A stretch of 40,142 bases of DNA from a virus. Under the pieces are notes generated by a model. That model saw nothing but the letters and a program-made list of their open reading frames with translations. It was not told where the DNA came from and searched no databases. The position numbers and the translations under genes were made by a program. The DNA is taken from UHGV virus genome UHGV-0061378; one strand, written 5' to 3'. This document shows positions 10,776 to 23,336 of this stretch, one piece after another. Position 1 is the stretch's first letter. Each line of letters opens with the position of its first letter.

Positions 10776-11623
10776 CACTGCTCCGCAATGATTTTGATGG
10801 TTGTGGCAGTAAACGCCGCACCATTTGACTGAATGGTTAACGTGCTGCCATTTGTGGCAAGAAAGCCGTCTTTATCCACGCTGAAGAACGTAGCTAACAA
10901 GATGTTATCGGTTGTTGTCGCCGAGTTGCGACTGCTTACCAGTGTGTCAGGAACAGAGCCGGAAAAGGTTAGCTGCATTGACCTGTTGGCGGTTCCGCTG
11001 GGCCACGTCCCGACGATAGACAGCTTGAAGAACAAGGTTTTGTTCTCGTTGAACACAACCATCTTGTTGTTAACGGTGTCGAAGAATGGTGACAACGTGC
11101 CGGATGACGGCGTGAGAGTTTTCAGCAGACTGACAAGGTTGGTCGGCGCTGTCGGGATGGTTACTGATACGCCAGAGTAAACAACTTCTGACTTCTTGCG
11201 AGTAGTGGCATACTCCAGAGCATCGATGCGCGTTTCATGGTCTGAAACCTGCGACTCCAGCGACTGAACTCTGGTATCAAGCGACGCAATATCGCTTTCA
11301 TTCTGAGCGATTCGCGTTTCATGTTCCTGAAGAGTTAATTCTGCCTGGCTGATTCGCTCCTCATGATTAACAAGCGTTGCTTCCGCAGCAGAAATTCGCT
11401 GCTCATGGTCAGCGAGAATCACATCCTGCTCATCGTTCCTGACCTGTGCATCATAAGCGCCCTGTCCGGCCTCGTTGGCCTTGTTAGCCACGTTACCAAC
11501 ATCAGTGCCCTGTGCGATAACGTAAAGCAGATACGACTGCGAGAAGATATTGCGTGGAAGGACTGATGTGTCGAGCCGTGTAGCCTGAATGATTACCGGC
11601 ACATTGAGATTCGAATCCGCCAT
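10775..11623 (-). CDS. Tail needle protein (gp26-like) with extended C-terminal domain
   Basis: N-terminus [43 protein letters not shown]... matches remembered P22 gp26, followed by heptad-like coiled-coil repeats; 282 aa versus 233 in P22. Confidence 0.88.
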   Translation of the reverse strand: MADSNLNVPVIIQATRLDTSVLPRNIFSQSYLLYVIAQGTDVGNVANKANEAGQGAYDAQVRNDEQDVILADHEQRISAAEATLVNHEERISQAELTLQEHETRIAQNESDIASLDTRVQSLESQVSDHETRIDALEYATTRKKSEVVYSGVSVTIPTAPTNLVSLLKTLTPSSGTLSPFFDTVNNKMVVFNENKTLFFKLSIVGTWPSGTANRSMQLTFSGSVPDTLVSSRNSATTTDNILLATFFSVDKDGFLATNGSTLTIQSNGAAFTATTIKIIAEQ

Positions 11624-13041
11624 TACTCAATCCTTATCTGGCAGCCAGACAGAGTGACAGGTGACTTCGTGATAACGCGCAATTTGAAACCAATGTTTTT
11701 CCTGATGCGCCCTACTTTCTTCCACAAAACGCGTTTGTCGTAAACGAACGGTTCATTCTGCTCAATCATCTGCTCACGACCGTAATTGATGCCGTCAGTG
11801 GTTGCAGAGAGAAAAAGGCGGTCGGCGTACTGCGCAACACCCGTCGATGATTCCACCTCCAGATCAAAGCATCTGGCGTTATCTGCTTTGAAGAGTGGAG
11901 TAAACAGCAGGTGTTCCTGTTGAAGACCATACTGACTGCTGATATCGAACTGCAATTTCCCGGTCACCGATTCCAGCTTATCGCCGCACGTTATCTGATT
12001 TCCTTCGTAAATGAAGTCAATAGCGCGGTACACATCGTCATACAGTCCTGTTTTCAGTACGCACCATTGCGGACCATTGGCGCTTGAAGATGCGTCGTAC
12101 ACGAGAACATGGCGAGGAAGGTGGATAATCAGCAACTCATGCGCATCAAATCGCAGAGACTCCATCACACCCTCAGCCAGTTCATCAGCAGTGTAGGAGC
12201 GGAGAATTTTCTCAATGCTCGCGCTGGCGATTGGTGATACCTGACCGGAGCCGATGATGTATACAGACGGCGCACCCGTTGCCGGATTGCTGATGAACGC
12301 ATACGAATCAGCAAACGGCGTTTTGCAGTAAGTCCCGGCGATGCCTTTTTGCACCATCAGTGATGGCTGTGCGACATACAAAGCAGCACCAACGGTGGTT
12401 GCGCCAGTCAGGGAGAAATATTCAATAGTCGATGAACCAAAGCAGACGATGAAGTCTCGCCATGTTCCGATGCCAATGATGCCGTCAGGCTGAGACTCAG
12501 CACGATATTGTGCGCTGTATCGGTCAGGATGCGATTCGTCTTCAAGGTCAGTGATAAACCATGAATCAGTGCCGTCTTTTGACCACGCATAACGCCCACG
12601 TAAACGCGTAATGTCGCGAACCGAACCTAACTCATACTGCGTGAATCCGCTGTCTGTAGGCCAGTTTGAGACGGTTTTAACCGTGCCATCATAGCGATAC
12701 TCGACCAGTTGACCATTAACACCTACCGCCTGTGATGTCCGACCATGCGCCATTGATACGCGACCACTTCCGGCGACGTCACCGACTTCGCTTTCACCCT
12801 TATACAACTTGCCACCGCAAACGCGATAAACAGCATTCTGCGCCATGTTGTACTCGACTCCGCGCGATACACCGTTCACATCAGAACGTTTGGCAATGCC
12901 CGGGAATGAGCGAAGATATCCGCTGCTGTTCAGGATTTCTTTGGGTGTAGCCAGCATATTCACTGGCAGATGGTCGATATAGTCGGCGTTTCGAAAGTCT
13001 TTGCCGACACCTTTCATAAGCGGAAGTTGCTGAATCGGCAT
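11623..13041 (-). CDS. Tail hub protein, P22 gp10-like
   Basis: 472 aa, same length as P22 gp10; synteny. Confidence 0.8.
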   Translation of the reverse strand: MPIQQLPLMKGVGKDFRNADYIDHLPVNMLATPKEILNSSGYLRSFPGIAKRSDVNGVSRGVEYNMAQNAVYRVCGGKLYKGESEVGDVAGSGRVSMAHGRTSQAVGVNGQLVEYRYDGTVKTVSNWPTDSGFTQYELGSVRDITRLRGRYAWSKDGTDSWFITDLEDESHPDRYSAQYRAESQPDGIIGIGTWRDFIVCFGSSTIEYFSLTGATTVGAALYVAQPSLMVQKGIAGTYCKTPFADSYAFISNPATGAPSVYIIGSGQVSPIASASIEKILRSYTADELAEGVMESLRFDAHELLIIHLPRHVLVYDASSSANGPQWCVLKTGLYDDVYRAIDFIYEGNQITCGDKLESVTGKLQFDISSQYGLQQEHLLFTPLFKADNARCFDLEVESSTGVAQYADRLFLSATTDGINYGREQMIEQNEPFVYDKRVLWKKVGRIRKNIGFKLRVITKSPVTLSGCQIRIE

Positions 13042-13542
13042 TTATTCGCTCCCGTTATCGCAAGGTTCCTTCCGGTGGAAGTAATTCCAACCGTTCCACT
13101 TCGCCAACTGATTACCGCTACCAACAGGCATACGGTTTGGATAACCGGACTTACATTTAGCGGCTTTTGCTCTGTCCATTGCAGACAGTTTGACGAGTCG
13201 CTCTTTCCCGTATCTGGCAGTGGTTATAAGTTTTGCTGACGCTTCCAGCGCATAATCCGGAGCAATGCGGCAGGCAAGGTTGAAAATGACGGCATTTATA
13301 GCGTTATTTGATAAGCCGTGCTCATCGCCCGGATCCGGAGCGACATCTGCATCAGCAAAAATGTAGCCAACGTTGATACCTGGTGACGCATCACCGCCAA
13401 GCCATTCAGCCATCATCATTTCAAGGTCGTTGACGCCGTCTTCCATAGACTGCGGTTCGACATCGGTTAACGTGGCATTTGATGCCACACCGAGCTTACG
13501 TAATGCCGCAAGAACTAAATCACCCTTCGTTGTCAGGTTCAT
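13042..13542 (-). CDS. Tail adaptor protein, P22 gp4-like
   Basis: 166 aa from internal ATG 13542 ([33 protein letters not shown]...), resembling remembered P22 gp4; the track start at 13623 adds a QSQSQS extension read through a hexamer repeat. Confidence 0.8.
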   Translation of the reverse strand: MNLTTKGDLVLAALRKLGVASNATLTDVEPQSMEDGVNDLEMMMAEWLGGDASPGINVGYIFADADVAPDPGDEHGLSNNAINAVIFNLACRIAPDYALEASAKLITTARYGKERLVKLSAMDRAKAAKCKSGYPNRMPVGSGNQLAKWNGWNYFHRKEPCDNGSE

Positions 13543-13762
13543 CTGCTGCCGCCTTAGGTTTTCGACCAGGCTTTTTACGCTGTTTTTCTTCTGGCTCTGG
13601 CTCTGGCTCTGACTCTGCAACATCCTTCAGAAGGTCATCGGGATGTGCAAACCAGCCAGCATCCAGATATTCCTGAAGCTCTTCGGCTTTCACGATTTCA
13701 AAGTCGTATCCAACGCCTTTCCACTTCTTCATGTCTCCATGACGAAAGATCATGTGTGTCAT
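13520..13762 (-). CDS. Small acidic hypothetical protein with EPEPEPE repeat
   Basis: ORF between coat and gp4, starting after the post-coat terminator (GGAGA SD, ATG 13762 or 13732); overlaps the gp4 start by 23 nt. Confidence 0.45.
   Translation of the reverse strand: MTHMIFRHGDMKKWKGVGYDFEIVKAEELQEYLDAGWFAHPDDLLKDVAESEPEPEPEEKQRKKPGRKPKAAADEPDNEG
13591..13617. repeat. Hexanucleotide tandem repeat (CTGGCT)x3-4
   Basis: ctggctctggctctggctctgactctg read directly. Confidence 0.8.
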
Positions 13763-13774
13763 GCTTGTCTCCAG

Positions 13775-13798
13775 ATAAAAAAGGGAGCCGAAGCTCCC
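13775..13798 (-). terminator. Rho-independent terminator immediately after the coat gene
   Basis: Minus strand GGGAGC-TTCG-GCTCCC followed by TTTTTTAT. Confidence 0.75.
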
Positions 13799-13806
13799 TC
13801 TGGTTA

Positions 13807-15102
13807 TCACGCAGTCTGGTTAGGCAGACCAACACCAATTGCCTCTGGTCGTACAGCACATGCTGAATACCACACAGCAATACGGCACTTACCAGACAGA
13901 GTATTGATATCACCCTGCGTTGCGAAGATGCCGTTAACACCAATGCCAGGAATGCTGAAGGAAGACGTTTTCATGCCAGCAAACAGTTCATGGGTTACCG
14001 GAATCGGCTGAGACAGCAGGCGGATTGAGTCATCAGCCCAGAACACGTTAGCGGTGGTTGTTGCCACGTTCAGAACGTTTACCGGAGTGGTATCAGCAAG
14101 AGAGGTGTTTACGTTAGCGTAAGCCTTCTCTTCTTTTGTCAGTGACGCGTCATCCAGCGCAATCGGCTTCGGCGTGATTTCGATGTGAGTACCATCGATC
14201 ACACGGGTGATTGAGAAAGTCGCATCATCAGTCAGCACGTTCTTCGCCATCTGAGACAGGAATTTCACACCAGTGAAGCTGATTTTGTCGCCGCGCTTAA
14301 ATCCGGTGGTGGAGGATACGGTCACCGTTGCAACACGGTTATCGACGTTCTCTTTGTTACCATCGGTATCAAGGGTGTATGCCTGCGGCTTAAACTTCTG
14401 CGCACCAGAAACAGTTACACCAGTAGCGGTTGACTTGGTAACTGCGGGAAGTTTCGGTGAGCGAAGAATTTCATCAAAGCCAGCAATCTGACGCTGAATA
14501 GTACCGTTGTGATACGCGTCTTCAGTAACGCGCCCGAAGATGTCACCATCTACCAGGTTGCGGCCTGCTTTGCGGTAATCGTCAGGGTTCAGGAAGTAAC
14601 TGATGCCCATATCGCGGTTTAGCTCACGGGAGAACATCAGGCGCTCTGCATCAGACACAAAATCCCAGCCAGACAGGCCAGTAGATGGACCAATTGCGCG
14701 GGTATCGTGAACAACAAGCGAGCCCATTTCAGTTGCCTGTTTTGCAATTGCTGACTCAATGTTATTCGCCAGTTTTTTGGCGGATGCCTGGATGCGACGA
14801 CGGTAAGAACGCTCATCACGCAGGTCATCTGCACGAAGCTCGAAGAAATCGTTATCCGGATCGCCCATGTTGCATTTCACGGAGAGTTCCAGAATCCCGG
14901 TTGCGTTGCCAGTTAAATCCCAGCCAGTCTGGGTTGGCGCTTCCTGCTCAACAGGCATCCACACGGTGTTGCTTGAACGCTGCATGGATTCTGCCGGAGG
15001 GGTGTATTTTGTCACTTTTGACGCCATTGGCGTCAGGTTCTGGACGGTTTCGATGATTTCATCCAGAGCATACGTGACCAGTTGACCTTCATTTAATGCC
15101 AT
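13807..15102 (-). CDS. Major coat protein, P22 gp5-like (HK97 fold)
   Basis: 431 aa; [27 protein letters not shown]... and the C-terminus ...[11 protein letters not shown]...[13 protein letters not shown] match remembered P22 coat. Confidence 0.92.
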   Translation of the reverse strand: MALNEGQLVTYALDEIIETVQNLTPMASKVTKYTPPAESMQRSSNTVWMPVEQEAPTQTGWDLTGNATGILELSVKCNMGDPDNDFFELRADDLRDERSYRRRIQASAKKLANNIESAIAKQATEMGSLVVHDTRAIGPSTGLSGWDFVSDAERLMFSRELNRDMGISYFLNPDDYRKAGRNLVDGDIFGRVTEDAYHNGTIQRQIAGFDEILRSPKLPAVTKSTATGVTVSGAQKFKPQAYTLDTDGNKENVDNRVATVTVSSTTGFKRGDKISFTGVKFLSQMAKNVLTDDATFSITRVIDGTHIEITPKPIALDDASLTKEEKAYANVNTSLADTTPVNVLNVATTTANVFWADDSIRLLSQPIPVTHELFAGMKTSSFSIPGIGVNGIFATQGDINTLSGKCRIAVWYSACAVRPEAIGVGLPNQTA

Positions 15103-16013
15103 TATCGAATTCCTTTATTCAGTTGCGCCTTAAGCTTGCGGTATGTCTCTACATCCCCTTTGTTTGCTGCCGCTTCCATCTGCTTTTCAATCGCAGATAT
15201 ATTTGCAGCAACAGCGTGTCCCTGAATGGGTTCATCAGGTAGCGGGGCTTCTGAAACAGGTTTGGCTCGAGGCTTGAGAGTTAAACGTTCTGACAGTCGA
15301 GTGAGTTCAATCAGCGCGGATTGTCCGTCCATCGCCAGCAACTGGCGTGTTTTCTCAGGATTAGCACCAAGGTGATACATGAGAGCAGCGGATTTCTCCG
15401 GGAAGAGGCGCATGATGTCGGCACCGACTGCTGGCGGCACCAGTTGCATGAATGCATCCTCTTTCTCCTGATAGTCAGGGATATTGAGCTTTTCCGCTGC
15501 GTCGTAGTGCTTACGGGCTGCCTCGACGTATTGCGCTGATTGCTGGGTGAACTCCTGAGTTTTGCGACCCTGCTCGGCAACAGCCTGGCTTCGTGCGTCC
15601 ATAGCCTTGATCTGCCATTCACTGTTTGCCTGCTGGAAGGCAGCCAGTGCGCGGCTCTGGTCATAGTCGTACTTAGCCAGTGCATCTTCGGAAAGATAAT
15701 CGTTAGGGTCTGGTTGTTTTGGTAACTCAGGGTTCACCCGCAGGTGCTCCGGCAACTCTCCACGCTTAACCGCTTCCATCTGCTGCTCAAGCTCACGCTG
15801 GCGTTTGCGTTCGATGCGGCGACGGGCAAATTCAGCATTAGTTGCCGGGTCTTGTTTTGGTTTCTCATCGTCTTTCAGGACAATCTCGAAGCCTTCTTCC
15901 TGACCTGCGTTGTCGTTGGCATTATCGACAACTAAGCCATCAGCAGATGCCGCTACATGATTGCCGGGCAGGGTTAATTCTTCAGAAGCCTGAATGTCGG
16001 TGGTTTGGTCCAT
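15102..16013 (-). CDS. Scaffolding protein, P22 gp8-like
   Basis: 303 aa (same as P22 gp8), acidic and helical, between portal and coat. Confidence 0.85.
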   Translation of the reverse strand: MDQTTDIQASEELTLPGNHVAASADGLVVDNANDNAGQEEGFEIVLKDDEKPKQDPATNAEFARRRIERKRQRELEQQMEAVKRGELPEHLRVNPELPKQPDPNDYLSEDALAKYDYDQSRALAAFQQANSEWQIKAMDARSQAVAEQGRKTQEFTQQSAQYVEAARKHYDAAEKLNIPDYQEKEDAFMQLVPPAVGADIMRLFPEKSAALMYHLGANPEKTRQLLAMDGQSALIELTRLSERLTLKPRAKPVSEAPLPDEPIQGHAVAANISAIEKQMEAAANKGDVETYRKLKAQLNKGIR

Positions 16014-16026
16014 GATTAACTCTCTC

Positions 16027-18192
16027 TTATTGAGGTGTCTCGGCTACTCCGCCGGAGGGGATTTGAACTTGACGCATAAGATTCGCGAAATCCATGCGTT
16101 GTGAATGAGTCTGGTCTGCATCTTTAAGAAGCAGCTCAGCGTTAGCACGAGCATCTTTGCTGCGCTGTTGCTGGAATTGACCTACGAGCTTGAGGTACTC
16201 ACGCAGTTCTGCCTGCTTGTCGAGGTCCATATTGTTGAAGATTTCTGCAATCTTCGCGGCGTTGAGTTGGTTTTGGGCTTCAACCTTGGCAGCTTCAACC
16301 TGAATCTGCGCCTGTTGGTTCTCTGCCTTGAGCAATTCAGCCTGACCTTGCAGAAGGATACCCTGCGCCTGAATTTGCTCTGCTGATGGCTGCTGCGGCT
16401 GTTGTTGTGCCTGTTGTACCATCTCCATCTCTTCAGGTGTTTCTGGTTTCTTCAGCCCCATCATCACCAGTTGCTTGTTCGCGTACTCTCGCATCATCTC
16501 GACGCCTTTACCGTCAAGGAGCGTGAAGTATTGCAGCATCAGCATCTGGAACTCTGGAGTACCTTGCGGAACCTTGGTGAGCAATTCCTGAATCTCTGCG
16601 CGGTTCTGTTCCTTCATGCTCTGGAAGGATGGCCCAACGTCCGTATAGCACTCATAGCGACCGCGAATGTCGTTGAGTGTGACCACATTGCCGGACTGAT
16701 AATCGACAACTTGCGCATAGAGTTGAACGTCTTTCTCGCTTCCATCTTCAAGTGTCAGCGTTACATGACGAGGAACGTCATAAATATCGTTGACCATTGA
16801 GGCATAAATCTCGCCATCACGTCGCATTGCGGTAGCCAGGTTATCCTGAAACACATATGTCTCAAGGTCTGCCCGCATGTTCAGTTGATTGACAGTATCG
16901 AAAGCGACCTGAGAGTTTGCTGCCTGCGCATCCACGCCAAGACTAGCCACCTCTTTCACTGCGTTGGTGGCAGCCTCAAGCATGTAAGCGTTGGCTTGCG
17001 GCACTTCAGGGTTTTCCATGTAGGAGATTGGACCAATCGGCAGGTCGTTACCGTTTTCATCAGTCCTGTTCTGGAGATAGTACGGATAGTCATCATTTCC
17101 ACCGTACATGTATTCGTAGCCTTCGATTTGCTCAGGGAAGAAGGTAGGTTTCTTCTTCGGTGAACGAGCAACAATATCGGCGTTGAACGACATGATCATG
17201 TTACGAAGGCGCTGACCGTCTTTCGTCAGCCTTACCACTCCTTCGTAGCACTCCTTGTCACCAGCGAATGACCATTCGCCGTACACAGGAACTATTGGGA
17301 TATGCTCTCCGGCTATCTTCTCGCGGTCTTTCAGTATCTGCGTGCAGGTGATGATCGACTTATACACACGCCGACGCTTGACCTTACGCTCTGCTACCTT
17401 AATGAATCCACGATTAGCCAGGTCGTCGATGACGTCTTTGATATCCTGCTGGTAATAGCTGACCGGCTCACCTGTCAGCGGGTCGCGGTAGATGAAGACT
17501 TTCTCTTTCTTCTCTTCGACCTCGTAATACTCAGCGACGTAGACGACATCATTCGATACCCACGGAAACAGCCATGTATCGTTCGGATTCTGGAAAGATG
17601 GCAAGGTGTCAGGATCAATACCGTAATCCTCTGCGAACTCTTTCCAGCCATTGCGTGACAAAGCGTTAATCACCGTGCAGTGCTTAGCGTCGCTCTTATC
17701 CATCTGCTTGCTGTTGGCGTCCCATATGACGTGTGAGCAGGCTTCATGGATTGGCAGGCGTCGGATTACCTGATTGTTGCTTGTTGGATCGTTGTCTTCG
17801 TACTGCGTGACCAGACGCCATGCACCAACGCCTGACTCTATCTGCTCACGAACGCCAACGTTAACGGCAATTTTTGCCGTGTTATGGCGCATATCAGTAC
17901 GATACATCCCCATCAACACATCGGCTGCATCAGGATTAGCACCGTCTTTTGGTCGGAAGAGAACGTCGATAGGGTTCCGGCGCATCTCTGCGACCAGTTT
18001 CCTGACCACCGGGCGAACAACATCGAATTGTCCGCGATATTGCAGGGTCGTGTAGTTTGATAGCCAGTCATCCCATTGCGACACTCGGCTAAAATACAGG
18101 TCATTTGTCGCCTCGGTTCTGGCTTCATCGCTCGCCATCCAGTCCGCGTCAAACTTACACAGAATGGAATTGAGTCTGTTTTCGTCGGCCAT
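16027..18192 (-). CDS. Portal protein, P22 gp1-like
   Basis: 721 aa (P22 gp1 about 725 aa); synteny between TerL and scaffold. Confidence 0.88.
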   Translation of the reverse strand: MADENRLNSILCKFDADWMASDEARTEATNDLYFSRVSQWDDWLSNYTTLQYRGQFDVVRPVVRKLVAEMRRNPIDVLFRPKDGANPDAADVLMGMYRTDMRHNTAKIAVNVGVREQIESGVGAWRLVTQYEDNDPTSNNQVIRRLPIHEACSHVIWDANSKQMDKSDAKHCTVINALSRNGWKEFAEDYGIDPDTLPSFQNPNDTWLFPWVSNDVVYVAEYYEVEEKKEKVFIYRDPLTGEPVSYYQQDIKDVIDDLANRGFIKVAERKVKRRRVYKSIITCTQILKDREKIAGEHIPIVPVYGEWSFAGDKECYEGVVRLTKDGQRLRNMIMSFNADIVARSPKKKPTFFPEQIEGYEYMYGGNDDYPYYLQNRTDENGNDLPIGPISYMENPEVPQANAYMLEAATNAVKEVASLGVDAQAANSQVAFDTVNQLNMRADLETYVFQDNLATAMRRDGEIYASMVNDIYDVPRHVTLTLEDGSEKDVQLYAQVVDYQSGNVVTLNDIRGRYECYTDVGPSFQSMKEQNRAEIQELLTKVPQGTPEFQMLMLQYFTLLDGKGVEMMREYANKQLVMMGLKKPETPEEMEMVQQAQQQPQQPSAEQIQAQGILLQGQAELLKAENQQAQIQVEAAKVEAQNQLNAAKIAEIFNNMDLDKQAELREYLKLVGQFQQQRSKDARANAELLLKDADQTHSQRMDFANLMRQVQIPSGGVAETPQ

Positions 18193-19692
18193 TTAAGTTC
18201 TCCGTGCGATGGGCCTGATTGGGGCTGGTATCTTTTTCTCTTTTGGTTTTTTGATGTCGCGCATCATTTTTGCGAAGCGGCGCATCATGTATGCATAGCG
18301 AACGGCGGATAGCACGTCGTCGTTAAGCTTGACGATTTTCCCGTTTTCATCGCGGTGATAAAGGCGGAACTCCTCAAAGAATGGCTCACAGGTGTTGAAT
18401 ACTTTGAAGCGACCGTCGAGCATCATGTCTCGCAATTCAGTGATTCCAGGCTCAACAGCATTACCTCCATCAGGCCATGTCGCATGCTCCTGCAACATCA
18501 TAAATCCAGCGTCCGCATACTGCCCTTTGAGCTGCTCACCGCCGCCCTTCTCGTGCTGGTTTCCGTCATGAGGCCATGCGGTTGGCACTTTATGCGCCCA
18601 TGGTTTAACAGCTCCCCACGCCTGAACGGCTGTCTTTTCTTTCGCCTTCCAAACGCGTGAAAGGTAGATTATGTCTGCGTCCTTATCCCACCAAAGCTGA
18701 ACCTGCGCCTGCGGGTGATCCCATCCGAAATCCATACCGCCAATTACGTAGAAGTGATCAGGACACTCGAACGGCTGACACTTAATCGTCTCTTCCGGTA
18801 TCTGGAAGATTCGACCACTACCCATCGTAGGAATGCCGCGAGCTCGAGCCTCTCTCTCATGCTCTGGATAGGATGCGATGATTTGCTCTTTCTGCTCGTC
18901 GGTATAGTGCTCAGCGTCATAGATGGTCATGTTGACCACTTTCTGCGACTTGCTGGGATTCTTCAGGAACTTGGTAACAACGTCAGACATCCCCATCAGC
19001 GGGGTAAACGTCAGGATTGAGAATTGCCCGTATTTGTTGGTACGGGTAAGACCTTCGCCATAAATGCTGTATGGTGGCTCTTCGTCAAACCACACGCCGT
19101 GGATTGTGTCACCCTGCCAGCGAGCACGGCCTTGCGAGTATGGTTTGAAGTAGCAGATTGAAATGCCATCTTCAACGCCATCAGCCGTGTGATGCTTAAC
19201 CAGAAGGTGATCAACAAGGTTCGGAAAGAAAGGAGACTTCTTCCAGCTAATGATGTCCTCTTTCGGTATGGAACCGTAGCCTGGCTCATCATTCTCTTCG
19301 ATACGACCGCACAGGATGCGTTGAGTAGTTTTGGTTACAGTCTCGTTTGTCTCGCCACCAATCCAGAAGACAACAGGCTCATAGAAACGCTTACCTTTCC
19401 ACTCCCCGCCATATTTACCATCAGCCGGATAGCCTTTTGTTCCCGGATAACGCCCGGTAAGGTGAAACGCGACTTCAGCAGCACCAGTAAATGACTTACC
19501 AAGCTGGTTACCAGCCATAAAACATCGCTCTGGATAGTCATGTCCGGCGTCGATGAACTCACGCTGTTTGCTGTATGGCGTAAATTCATATAGCAGGTGT
19601 GTGTTCCGGTAGTTCTCTTCTTCTTCGAGTAGTTCGAGCAATTCGATTTGCTCTTCGTCGCTCAGGTTATCAAGAATCGCGTCCAGTTCCAC
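18193..19692 (-). CDS. Terminase large subunit, P22 gp2-like
   Basis: 499 aa (same as P22 gp2); GTG start with AAGGAG SD; directly downstream of TerS. Confidence 0.88.
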   Translation of the reverse strand: MELDAILDNLSDEEQIELLELLEEEENYRNTHLLYEFTPYSKQREFIDAGHDYPERCFMAGNQLGKSFTGAAEVAFHLTGRYPGTKGYPADGKYGGEWKGKRFYEPVVFWIGGETNETVTKTTQRILCGRIEENDEPGYGSIPKEDIISWKKSPFFPNLVDHLLVKHHTADGVEDGISICYFKPYSQGRARWQGDTIHGVWFDEEPPYSIYGEGLTRTNKYGQFSILTFTPLMGMSDVVTKFLKNPSKSQKVVNMTIYDAEHYTDEQKEQIIASYPEHEREARARGIPTMGSGRIFQIPEETIKCQPFECPDHFYVIGGMDFGWDHPQAQVQLWWDKDADIIYLSRVWKAKEKTAVQAWGAVKPWAHKVPTAWPHDGNQHEKGGGEQLKGQYADAGFMMLQEHATWPDGGNAVEPGITELRDMMLDGRFKVFNTCEPFFEEFRLYHRDENGKIVKLNDDVLSAVRYAYMMRRFAKMMRDIKKPKEKKIPAPIRPIARRT

Positions 19693-20158
19693 GGTTGAAT
19701 AGCTCCTTGATACGAGAGCGCCGCTTATCGCGATCTCCCTTATCAGGTGTCACGTCTTCAACTTGCGACTGCTCTTTGAGGCCCAAATCACGGGCGATGA
19801 TGTTAGCGTTGAGAAGGTCAGCGGCTGCGCCAGAGAATTTCTGGTCGTAGATGATGTCTTCCGCTCGTGATGTGACGTCAGAAAAACCTTCCATTGACCG
19901 GAAGGTTCCCCATGTTTGCCTGGTGATATCAAGGAAGGTACACAATCCTGAAATAGTCATGGCTCGCATCTTAGGGACATTAGCCTTAATTATTTCTCCC
20001 TGATATGAAAATACCTTCCCCTCCCATAGCGGGTTATCATCAGCCCACTCGAAGTATTCACAACAAGCAGCCCACAGCGCCTCAGGCGATTCGAATTTAG
20101 GATTTCGCCCATGACTACTGCGGGCCTCCCAAAATCGGTTGCCCTTTGGTGCTGCCAT
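19670..20158 (-). CDS. Terminase small subunit, P22 gp3-like
   Basis: 162 aa [47 protein letters not shown]..., matching remembered P22 gp3. Confidence 0.9.
   Translation of the reverse strand: MAAPKGNRFWEARSSHGRNPKFESPEALWAACCEYFEWADDNPLWEGKVFSYQGEIIKANVPKMRAMTISGLCTFLDITRQTWGTFRSMEGFSDVTSRAEDIIYDQKFSGAAADLLNANIIARDLGLKEQSQVEDVTPDKGDRDKRRSRIKELFNRGTGRDS
19866..19892 (-). other. Putative pac site inside the TerS gene
   Basis: Minus strand GAAGGTTTTTCTGACGTCACATCACG at TerS codons ~89-97 resembles the remembered P22 pac consensus (GAAGATTTATCTGAAGTCGTTACG) at the same position. Confidence 0.45.
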
Positions 20159-20237
20159 ATTGATTATTTCCCTTCTGCTTGCTTATCCCATTCATCGCGG
20201 AATTTGGATGGGTTGTCGAAACCTTGAGTTGCCATGT

Positions 20238-20480
20238 TTATGCTCCGGTAGTGAACAGGTCTAACGCTTCCTTCGATTTACGCACTGCTTCGAATGTGCG
20301 GATCGTGATATCCGAATTAGCGCCGCCTGACTGGAAGTGAATTTTGAATAGCTCAAGCTTCAGCTCGTCAGTGCCAATGAATTGAAACGCTTCCTCTGCG
20401 GCTGCGTTCTGGTTCATGACCAGTTTGTAAATCTCTAACTTGAATTTCTGTTCTTCAGTCATGGGAATAATCTCTGCCAT
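20238..20480 (-). CDS. Small hypothetical protein upstream of TerS
   Basis: 80-aa ORF with GGAG SD; P22 has an orf80 at this position, as far as I recall. Confidence 0.55.
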   Translation of the reverse strand: MAEIIPMTEEQKFKLEIYKLVMNQNAAAEEAFQFIGTDELKLELFKIHFQSGGANSDITIRTFEAVRKSKEALDLFTTGA

Positions 20481-20727
20481 TGTTGGCTCCGTTTATCCGT
20501 TAAAAGGGATATCAGTTAAGTTATCCCGTGTAGGGTATAAGCCATTGTCGAGACCACTCATTGAATGGTCTCTGCAATAACCGATGTCTTTCCATCAGTC
20601 CGCCACCACAAAGAATCTTTTTTGCCATCAGGCAGGAGGTTCATCTTTCAGTGGCTGCCAGTGTTATTTCCCCACTTACTGGCTTGGGTTGTTTCGCGGT
20701 ACTGCCGTTAATTGGTGAGTCCGGGGA

Positions 20728-21213
20728 TTATTTCAGTTCGTTACCAGGCATTTCTTTTAGCTCTTTCAAATGACAACGATTGAGACTAAACCACTCCCCG
20801 TGCGACCTATAGTTGTAATATTTTTGGTGCAATTTGGTTTCAAGCTCTCTATCGGCCGGAATCTTTGCAATTAGATTTAGCTTCCCACCACTCATGCGAG
20901 ATATCTCTGAAATTCGTTTATTAACCCTGCGACTAAACCCTATTTTTGTTAGCCCACTATCTTCAGCATGCAGAACGTACACATATGATTTTTGCGAAGC
21001 ACTGGGTGCGACTTTGTTGTAATTAATCATGTCAAACATGAAGCCTTGCTTTAGCAAAGTTTCAAAAAAGATAGAATTAACACACCCATTCCTTCTCAGA
21101 TCTGCACTTAGCTTGTCAATTTCCTCTATGATGTCGCCAGACCCCTTTCCACTTATAAGAAAATCTTGGTACATGCGACCAATTCTTGAGGTAATTTCAA
21201 CAAAGTTATTCAT
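20728..21213 (-). CDS. T5orf172 / GIY-YIG-like domain protein (moron between lysis and packaging genes)
   Basis: 161 aa; C-terminal half YVYVLHAEDSGLTKIGFSRRVNKRISEIS...HQKYYNYRSHGEWFSL fits the T5orf172 pattern; AT-rich by eye; terminator upstream. Confidence 0.65.
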   Translation of the reverse strand: MNNFVEITSRIGRMYQDFLISGKGSGDIIEEIDKLSADLRRNGCVNSIFFETLLKQGFMFDMINYNKVAPSASQKSYVYVLHAEDSGLTKIGFSRRVNKRISEISRMSGGKLNLIAKIPADRELETKLHQKYYNYRSHGEWFSLNRCHLKELKEMPGNELK

Positions 21214-21358
21214 AGCGTTTACCTTTTAGAAAGATGAGCCTGTTCGCACAGAAAAGCCGTCCCCGAGATGGTCGCCACCATATACGGCAATTCTCAGGCT
21301 CAGCTTTCTGAAAGACTCGGGATTGTTACGCGCTGCGATGCGCGGTTTACTGCAGATG

Positions 21359-21386
21359 TAAAAAAGCCCCGCAAATGCGAGGCTAA
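21359..21386 (-). terminator. Putative rho-independent terminator after the lysis cassette
   Basis: Minus strand CCTCGC-ATTT-GCGGGG (one G-U pair) followed by CTTTTTTAC. Confidence 0.55.
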
Positions 21387-21557
21387 ATCCTGGTATTTGT
21401 AATGACTGGCTCTTATTTCAACGCAGCCCCTTACCGCGCGCCAGATGCTCAATATCAAGCATCAGCAATGAGATGTTTAATCTGGATTCACTCCAGAAGT
21501 GATCACCACCCTGTCTACAGAGCCAGATGTGAAGGATGATGAGTAAAATTATCGCTA

Positions 21558-22025
21558 TCATCGAAGGCATTGTGTCCTGATGTATTCCTGAAGCGTTCTC
21601 AGTGCTGTTTGGTCGCGGATAATTCCGTCCCGGACACCGAGAACGTTTCGTCCAGCAACTGGAGAGAGTTCGACGGTGGCATCATTGCCCATGCCGGAGG
21701 CGCCGGAGGTTTCGGCTGAGGATGGCACAGGGCATTTTCCTTTGACGAGCACCCTGCCACCATTATCAAGCTTGCGCCGAAGAGCATCATTTTCAGCTTT
21801 CGCATCAGCTAACTCCTTCGTGTATTTAGCATCGAGTGCATCAGCAGCACGCTGGCGTTGCTGCATGTCAGTAATGGTGGCGGTCGCCTGCTTCAGCTCA
21901 CTGACTTTTTTATCTCGCTGTTCTTTGTAGGCGATGGCGTTATCACGGTAGTGATTAACAGCCCATGACAGGCAAACGATGATGCAGATAACCAGAGCGG
22001 AAATAATCGCGGTGACTCTGCTCAT
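21558..22025 (-). CDS. Rz: i-spanin Rz
   Basis: 155 aa; N-terminus [31 protein letters not shown]... matches lambda Rz, C-terminal half divergent; start coupled to the R stop (ATGA). Confidence 0.88.
   Translation of the reverse strand: MSRVTAIISALVICIIVCLSWAVNHYRDNAIAYKEQRDKKVSELKQATATITDMQQRQRAADALDAKYTKELADAKAENDALRRKLDNGGRVLVKGKCPVPSSAETSGASGMGNDATVELSPVAGRNVLGVRDGIIRDQTALRTLQEYIRTQCLR
21599..21805 (-). CDS. Rz1: o-spanin Rz1 (lipoprotein embedded in Rz, +1 frame)
   Basis: [19 protein letters not shown] lipobox followed by a Pro-rich segment, nested inside Rz as in lambda. Confidence 0.8.
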   Translation of the reverse strand: MRKLKMMLFGASLIMVAGCSSKENALCHPQPKPPAPPAWAMMPPSNSLQLLDETFSVSGTELSATKQH

Positions 22026-22498
22026 ACCTCAATCTCTCTGACCGTTCCGCCAGCCTCTTTGAATTTTGCAATCAGGCTGTCAGCCTTATGCTCGAACTGA
22101 CCATAACCAGCACCCGGCAGTGAAGCCCAGATATTACTGCAACGGTCGATTGCCTGACGAATATCACCGCGGTCAATCATCGGTAAAGCGCCACGCTCTT
22201 TAATCTGTTGCAGTGCCACAGCGTCCTGGCTTTTCGGAGAGAAGTCTTTCAGGCCAAGCTGCTTACGATAGGCATCCCACCAACGGGAAAGAAGCTGGTA
22301 ACGTCCGGCTGCTGTTGATTTGAGTTTGGGGTTTAGCGTGACAAGTTTGCGAGGGTGATCGGAGTAATCAGTGAATAGCTCTCCGCCAACAATGACGTCA
22401 TAACCATGATTTCTGGTTTTCTGCCGTCCGTTATCAGTTCCCTCTGACCACGCCAGCATATCGAGGAACGCCTTACGTTGATTATTGATTTCCACCAT
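22022..22498 (-). CDS. R: Endolysin, lambda R-type
   Basis: 158 aa [45 protein letters not shown]..., essentially identical to remembered lambda R. Confidence 0.93.
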   Translation of the reverse strand: MVEINNQRKAFLDMLAWSEGTDNGRQKTRNHGYDVIVGGELFTDYSDHPRKLVTLNPKLKSTAAGRYQLLSRWWDAYRKQLGLKDFSPKSQDAVALQQIKERGALPMIDRGDIRQAIDRCSNIWASLPGAGYGQFEHKADSLIAKFKEAGGTVREIEV

Positions 22499-22805
22499 CT
22501 TCTACTCCGGCTTTTTTAGCAGCGAAGCGTTTGATAAGCGAACCAATCGAGTCAGTACCGATGTAGCCGATGAACACGCTTGTTATATAAGCGAGATTGC
22601 TACTTAGTCCGGCGAAGTCGAGAAGGTCACGAATGAACCAGGCGATAATGGCGCACATCGTTGCGTCGATTACTGTTTTTGTAAACGCACCGCCATTATA
22701 TCTGCCGCGAAGGTACGCCATTGCAAACGCAAGGATTGCCCCGATGCCTTGTTCCTTTGCCGCGAGAATGGCGGCTAACAGGTCATGTTTTTCTGGCATC
22801 TTCAT
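22482..22805 (-). CDS. S: Holin/antiholin, lambda S-type with dual-start motif
   Basis: 107 aa [39 protein letters not shown]..., near-identical to lambda S; Met1 and Met3 both present. Confidence 0.93.
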   Translation of the reverse strand: MKMPEKHDLLAAILAAKEQGIGAILAFAMAYLRGRYNGGAFTKTVIDATMCAIIAWFIRDLLDFAGLSSNLAYITSVFIGYIGTDSIGSLIKRFAAKKAGVEDGGNQ

Positions 22806-23336
22806 GTCTTACCCCCAATAAGGGGATTTGCTCTATTTAATTAGGAATAAGGTCGATTACTGATAGAACAAATCCAGGCTACTGTGTTTAGTAATCAGAT
22901 TTGTTCGTGACCGATATGCACGGGCAAAACGGCATGAGGTTGTTAGCGCAACCTCCTGCCACCCACTTTCACGAAGGTCATGTGTAGAAAGCCGCAGCAT
23001 AACTATCACTGATGAATTCAGGATAGCCAGTGGCTACGGCCCAGTTTGGGTTGTGGCGGTCGGTGCTGAACTCCGACTTAATGACGATAGGCGTGTACCG
23101 ACGCCTCGTTTTACTTCCTCCGCTTTCACGGCTTCACCCTAGACCAGCTTTACGAAATCCTCGTAAACCTAACCGCGGCAGATATGACCGGCACGGTGTG
23201 CCATATCACGGACCGGCGGGTGTCTCGTTCACCTGATTAACGCATCAGCCTGCGTATTCACCACAACGATAAGAGCACTGCGCGGCACCTTTCACCAATT
23301 CCGCGAGGTCTGCGGGTTCAATGCTCTTACCTGTTG

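Noticed and set aside
13543-13623. N-terminal extension of gp4 ([13 protein letters not shown]...) from the track start
   Set aside because: The extension reads through the hexamer repeat and overlaps the upstream small ORF; the internal ATG at 13542 gives the expected 166-aa gp4.
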